Assembly: GCA_009914755.4 (NCBI GenBank)
Contig: CP068257.2
Span: forward strand, 31,808,001 to 31,872,000
DNA: 64,000 nt
Direction: 5' to 3'
From: the human T2T-CHM13v2.0 reference genome, Homo sapiens
Position numbers and translations under genes: made by a program. Positions within the stretch are counted from its first letter, which is position 1; every line of letters starts with the position of its first letter. Positions 57,498-64,000 of this stretch are shown here, in pieces. Under the pieces are notes generated by a model, which ran no database searches, was not told where the DNA came from, and saw only the letters and a program-made list of their open reading frames with translations.

Positions 57498-58410
57498 CAC
57501 ATTTTCTAATTCAATTGGTATTCTACCATGTAGCTACTGAAGCATATGTTTTGTTAAATTCCTGTTACCCAAGCACTTCAGAGAGGCACTCCTAGATTCT
57601 GGAGACATTGTGACTTCAGGACCATTTTCAGGTTTGGGCCAGGACAGGTTCTGAAAGATCTACTTCACCTAAAACTAGACAGAAAATGCAGTCCAGTTGG
57701 TACAAGCCTATTAAGAGAAAGGAACAATCCAGGCTGTCCTTCACGCTACGCCCCATGGGTTCTAGTTTATTCTCTCTCAGGGCTGCTTCATGAACTTACT
57801 CTGATAGAGTGGTATTCACGTCCATCTTTTGAGTGTACAAGCCAAATGTGTACCACAGGAACTATCTGAAAGGCTAAAACATGTTGCATAAACAGGTACT
57901 TCCCAAAATATTCTCTTTCTCCATATGCTTATGTGGTTGTATAACAAAAAGATTCATCTGAATAAGTCTTAGGCAGCTATTAGAACTGTTGTATTTTGAT
58001 AAAGGTGTCTTGAGACTAAGGTCATACTTCCTGTGGGTCTGAAATGGACTCTCTCCTGAAAGGATGGCTATTCAGTGTCAGTCATTTAGGAGAAAAGACT
58101 GATCTTTAGATGGGAAACAAAAAACCAAGGCCTGGAAGATAATTTGACTCCAGCAGAAGAGGAAATACTTCTTTCCACATCTAGACTCTGAAGACAGTGT
58201 ATACATTTGTCAGTTGGTCTCTTTCAGTTATAAGTAACAGAAAAGAACATCTCAAACTGGCTTAAATAATGAGTAGGATTCTGTGGCTCATGGAACTGGA
58301 GGATCAGAGTTATCATGGGTGTTATGGTCTGAATGATTATGTCTCCTCAAAACTCTTATGCCAGGGTACTATATTAGTCCATTTTCACACTGCTATAAAA
58401 ACATTACCTG

Positions 58411-58980
<570 letters not shown>

Positions 58981-59014
58981 AATCAAAAAGATTTTTTTAA
59001 AAAAATGCATTCAG

Positions 59015-59310
<296 letters not shown>

Positions 59311-59313
59311 TAG

Positions 59314-59838
<525 letters not shown>

Positions 59839-60185
59839 CTCGAATTCCCACTTTTAACAAGAGTCACAAAATTACTGCCTTCTAAAATGTTTTTGGAACT
59901 ATAGCTCTTATTAAGCAACATTCCATACTGTTCACAATTTTATTTACAGTGATACTATCATTGTAGAAACCAAATGACAAATCATTCAATAAATTATAAT
60001 CACATATTATGCCAATTAATGCTGCAGCATCTAAGCTAAAGGCCAAAAATTTCTTTTTGAAGGTGTAGTTTTGTTTGTTGTTTTAACTATCACACATTTT
60101 ACAAAATAACACTTTCTTCCAAAATGCAGGTGGTGAGTCCCTCACTTCTGAACCACTTCTGTAACACAGCACTCTGGATTAAAGA

Positions 60186-60245
60186 AGGAAACACTGCACT
60201 CCAGCCTGGGCAACAACAGCAAAACTCCATTTCAAAAAAACAAAG
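60186..60245 (+). mobile_element. Alu 3' fragment
   Basis: actgcactccagcctgggcaacaacagcaaaactccatttc + A-run. Confidence 0.7.
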
Positions 60246-60257
60246 TGGCCACTGGAC

Positions 60258-60555
<298 letters not shown>

Positions 60556-61130
60556 CGGACACTGGAGTTTTTTTCTAGAATTGCTAAATCAACTAGCTTC
60601 ACTGATTTCTGCAGCCAATAAACCATCAAGTTAGACAGGAAAAAGTAGAATCTGGATGTTTGGTGTGTTTTTCATTCAGTACCCACAGAGAAGGCCCTCA
60701 TAAAAAGAAAAGTACAGTAATTCCAGTAGGCTAATTTTCTGATCTTAATATTTCCACCCATATGGAGGGTGTCCCAAAAGTCTTGGAACGGTTTTGAGCC
60801 TTAATAAGTTCAGGAATATAAATCCAGCAAGCTCGTTTAAAAAAAAAAGTCATCTGGAGGTTTAATTGGTTAAATTTCATAACACTTCAGTTTTGTGACT
60901 TTTGATAACATATTTTTCGGTTTCCCTGTTGTTTAAGTACCTATGTTTGAAAATGGCAACAGTCACTGCTTTTAAGTTAGTTATTACAGCTCAAAACTGC
61001 ACCAAAACTTTTGGAATTCATGTATGATTCCTAAGTCAGAAACCTGATCCTAGCTCATTTCACTGGATGACCAACATTTTAACACTAGAATGAACTAAAT
61101 TATTTTCTTTAGAAGTTTCAGTTATTTTTG

Positions 61131-61263
61131 GCCAGGCATGGTGGCTCACGCCTGTAATCCCAGCACTTTGGGAGGCCAAGGGGGGCGGATCATGAGGTCA
61201 AGAGATCGAGACCATCCTGGCCAACATGGTGAAACCCCATCTCTATTAAAAATATAAAAATTA
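61131..61263 (+). mobile_element. Alu left monomer (first of two tandem copies)
   Basis: ggccaggcatggtggctcacgcctgtaatcccagcactttgggaggccaagg...gaaaccccatctctattaaaaatataaaaatta. Confidence 0.8.
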
Positions 61264-61264
61264 G

Positions 61265-61396
61265 GCCGGGCATGGTGGCTCAAGCCCGTAATCCCAGCAC
61301 TTTGGGAGGCCAAGGCAGGTGGATCATGAGGTCAGGGGTTTGAGACCATCCTGGCCAACATGGTGAAACCCCGTCTCTACAAAAAATACAAAAATA
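61265..61396 (+). mobile_element. Alu left monomer (second tandem copy)
   Basis: ggccgggcatggtggctcaagcccgtaatcccagc...gaaaccccgtctctacaaaaaatacaaaaata. Confidence 0.8.
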
Positions 61397-61860
<464 letters not shown>

Positions 61861-62058
61861 AGGAGTTTCAGTTATTTTCTTTTCTTGCTATATCCTCAGG
61901 ACAAACCTGATAGGTTTCTCACTCACACATCATTGGCTATGTGATTAGTTTTGTGATAAGTACAATGGCACAATTCTTAAATTCTTGTATTATAGCAATA
62001 AATCTCATTTTCCATGTAAAGTGTCAGTGGAACTAAGAATGATTTATGATAGTAAACA

Positions 62059-63225
62059 TCAAAATGATCGTATTTTAATAAATTTCCACAGATTCATCCA
62101 GTTTAAAAAACCTTTCTTGATTTCAGGTGTTTTCTCTCCTTCTCCTTGATCAAGGTTATTTGGGTTTCTATCTGTGACTTCTTTTGTTTTTATAAGGGTC
62201 TCGTATATTTTCTGGGCTCTGACAATTTCTTTCTGAGCATCAAAATGGACTTTTTGCCTGGTCAGGATGGGAACAATTAAATTAAAATCATTAATTCGCT
62301 TGTTTAATTTTCTGATGTTTTCTTGAAACTGCTCACAAACATGGTTCCACTGTTTCTTTTCAGTTGGTGTCATTGGATTCCCAAGTTTTTTCCTAGACAC
62401 TAAAATTGCCTCTCTGAGTTGCTCAATAGTATCGCTTATTTCCTTTTGCTTAAGGATCCATTCTGGTTGGTATCCATTATCGATCAGTATTCGGTTCAGG
62501 TTGTGAGTCATGGGATCAATGTAAGAACAGTCAGAAAACTTTTTCAGAGGTTTTCCTTTCCCACTGAGATTGTCAAAGTCTCCTTTTGCCATGGATTCTT
62601 GAATGAGGTCCTCCACTAAACGTTCTATAGCTTGCGTTATCTTTTGCTGTTTGCTCTGTCTTATATTTTTAACAATTACACTATCAGGAAAATACTGGCT
62701 TTGTAGTTTCTGCTTTTGATATTCCATCACTTGTTCAGCAGCACGGTCTGCCCTAAATTGCCTATAATGCTTCTCTCGTTGAGTTGGAGTCCCAAAACCA
62801 ATACCTTCAAAACTTAAATAATGTCGGTGTTGGGGTGTTTTATATTTGAATTTTTCTACATCTTCTTCTTCTTCACCTTTACTCTGACTGGCATTTGTTT
62901 GTTCTATCACATGGGAGAGCACCTTTCTATAAGCTTTTTCAATCCTTATAAATGTTGCAGAATCAGCAGTATTAGAGCCACTGTCAGGATGATATTGCTT
63001 GGCAAGCTTATGAAAAGATTCCCTGACTTCATCTGCAGAGCATCCTTCCTCCACGTTCAGCAGTCTATAATATTCTCTGATCTTCTTTTTGGATTTATGG
63101 GTTGACATCATTCTATTTCTAATGATACCAAAATATGGAAGCATTTTCACTCGATTAGGAATCACTGTAGCCTTTATCAGGTGAGATCTTAAGATCTGAG
63201 CCATCATCACATACATTGTATTCAT
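62059..63225 (-). CDS. DNAJC28: DNAJC28 complete CDS (388 aa; J-domain with HPD motif), all in one exon
   Basis: ORF-track entry 62059..63288. Product [21 protein letters not shown]...[32 protein letters not shown]...KFIKIRSF*. The ATG is at 63225-63223. The exon's acceptor, ttgtcgttttatag|GTCATTGC, is at 63256. Confidence 0.9.
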
Positions 63226-63399
63226 TATTGTACCCAGAGTTCTTCCTAGCAATGACCTATAAAACGACAACAAATATAGGTTGAACAAAGTTGTATTATC
63301 AGTTAATTTCTTATTTTCAGCAATAAGGTAAAAGATACAGCATGAATTTATAAGTACAACAAGGGGCAGTTCTTTTGAATGCTGCTGTCAACTTTTTCC

Positions 63400-63622
63400 T
63401 TTTTTTTTTTTTTTTGAGACAGAGTCTCGCTCTGTCACCCAGGCTGGAGTGCAGTGGTGCCTCCACCTCCAGAGCCACGCCTAGCTAATTTTTTTGTATT
63501 TTTAGTAGAGAAGGGGTTTCACCATATCGCCCAGGCTGGTCTGGATATCCTGACATGGTTATCTGCCCGCCTCGGCCTCCCAAAGTGCTGGGATTACAGG
63601 TATGAGCCACTGCGCTCAGCCT
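63400..63622 (-). mobile_element. Alu (reverse, internal deletion), in the DNAJC28 intron
   Basis: T17 + gagacagagtctcgctctgtcacccaggctggagtgcagtgg...gagccactgcgctcagcc. Confidence 0.85.
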
Positions 63623-63925
63623 TTTTTTTTTTTTTTTTTGTCTGAGACAGGGTCTTGCTCTGTTGCCCATGCTGGAGTGCAGTGGCACAATCGTGGCTCA
63701 CTGCAGCATCAACCTCCTGGGCTGAAGTGATCCTCCCACCTCTGCCTCTCATGTTGCTAGGACTACAGGCGTGCACCACCACACCTGGCTAATTTCTGTA
63801 TTTTTGTAGGGATGGGGTTTCGTCATGTTGCCCACCCTGGTCTCCAACTCCTGAGCTCAAACGATCTGCCAGTTTCTGCCTCCCAAAGTGCTGGGATTAT
63901 AGGGGTGAGCCACTGTGCCCAGCCA
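63623..63925 (-). mobile_element. Alu (reverse)
   Basis: T19 + gtctgagacagggtcttgctctgttgcccatgctggagtgcagtgg...gagccactgtgcccagcc. Confidence 0.9.
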
Positions 63926-63927
63926 CA

Positions 63928-63939
<12 letters not shown>

Positions 63940-63966
<27 letters not shown>

Positions 63967-64000
63967 GAGACAGAGTCTCACCCAGGCTGGAGTGCAATGG
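63940..64000 (-). mobile_element. Alu (reverse), runs off the window end
   Basis: (ttttc)n T-run + gagacagagtctcacccaggctggagtgcaatgg. Confidence 0.8.

Overview
Human genomic DNA, consistent with chr21q22.11. There are no prokaryotic defence systems or CRISPR arrays. On the + strand the window runs from the 3' end of IFNGR2, through the whole of TMEM50B, to DNAJC28. The last coding exon of IFNGR2 (+ strand) ends at 1235. TMEM50B (- strand) has all 477 nt of its coding sequence in six exons between 15094 and 33168; their phases are mutually consistent and every intron is GT-AG. A CpG-island promoter lies at about 52.8-54.3 kb and carries a tandemly duplicated CCAAT + GC-box module. DNAJC28 (- strand) has its entire 388-aa CDS in one exon at 62059..63225. 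Between the TMEM50B promoter and DNAJC28 lies an intronless, polyadenylation-signal-bearing ORF block at 55.34-56.10 kb on the - strand, which looks like a processed pseudogene (retrocopy) whose parent I could not identify. About 40-45% of the window is Alu, roughly 100 copies, oriented about 5:1 antisense to TMEM50B inside that gene. Old L1 fragments, one mariner transposase remnant and several microsatellites are also present. Most entries in the ORF track are translated Alu or L1 sequence or CpG-island GC artefacts, not genes. All coordinates for repeats are approximate (about +/-10 bp).
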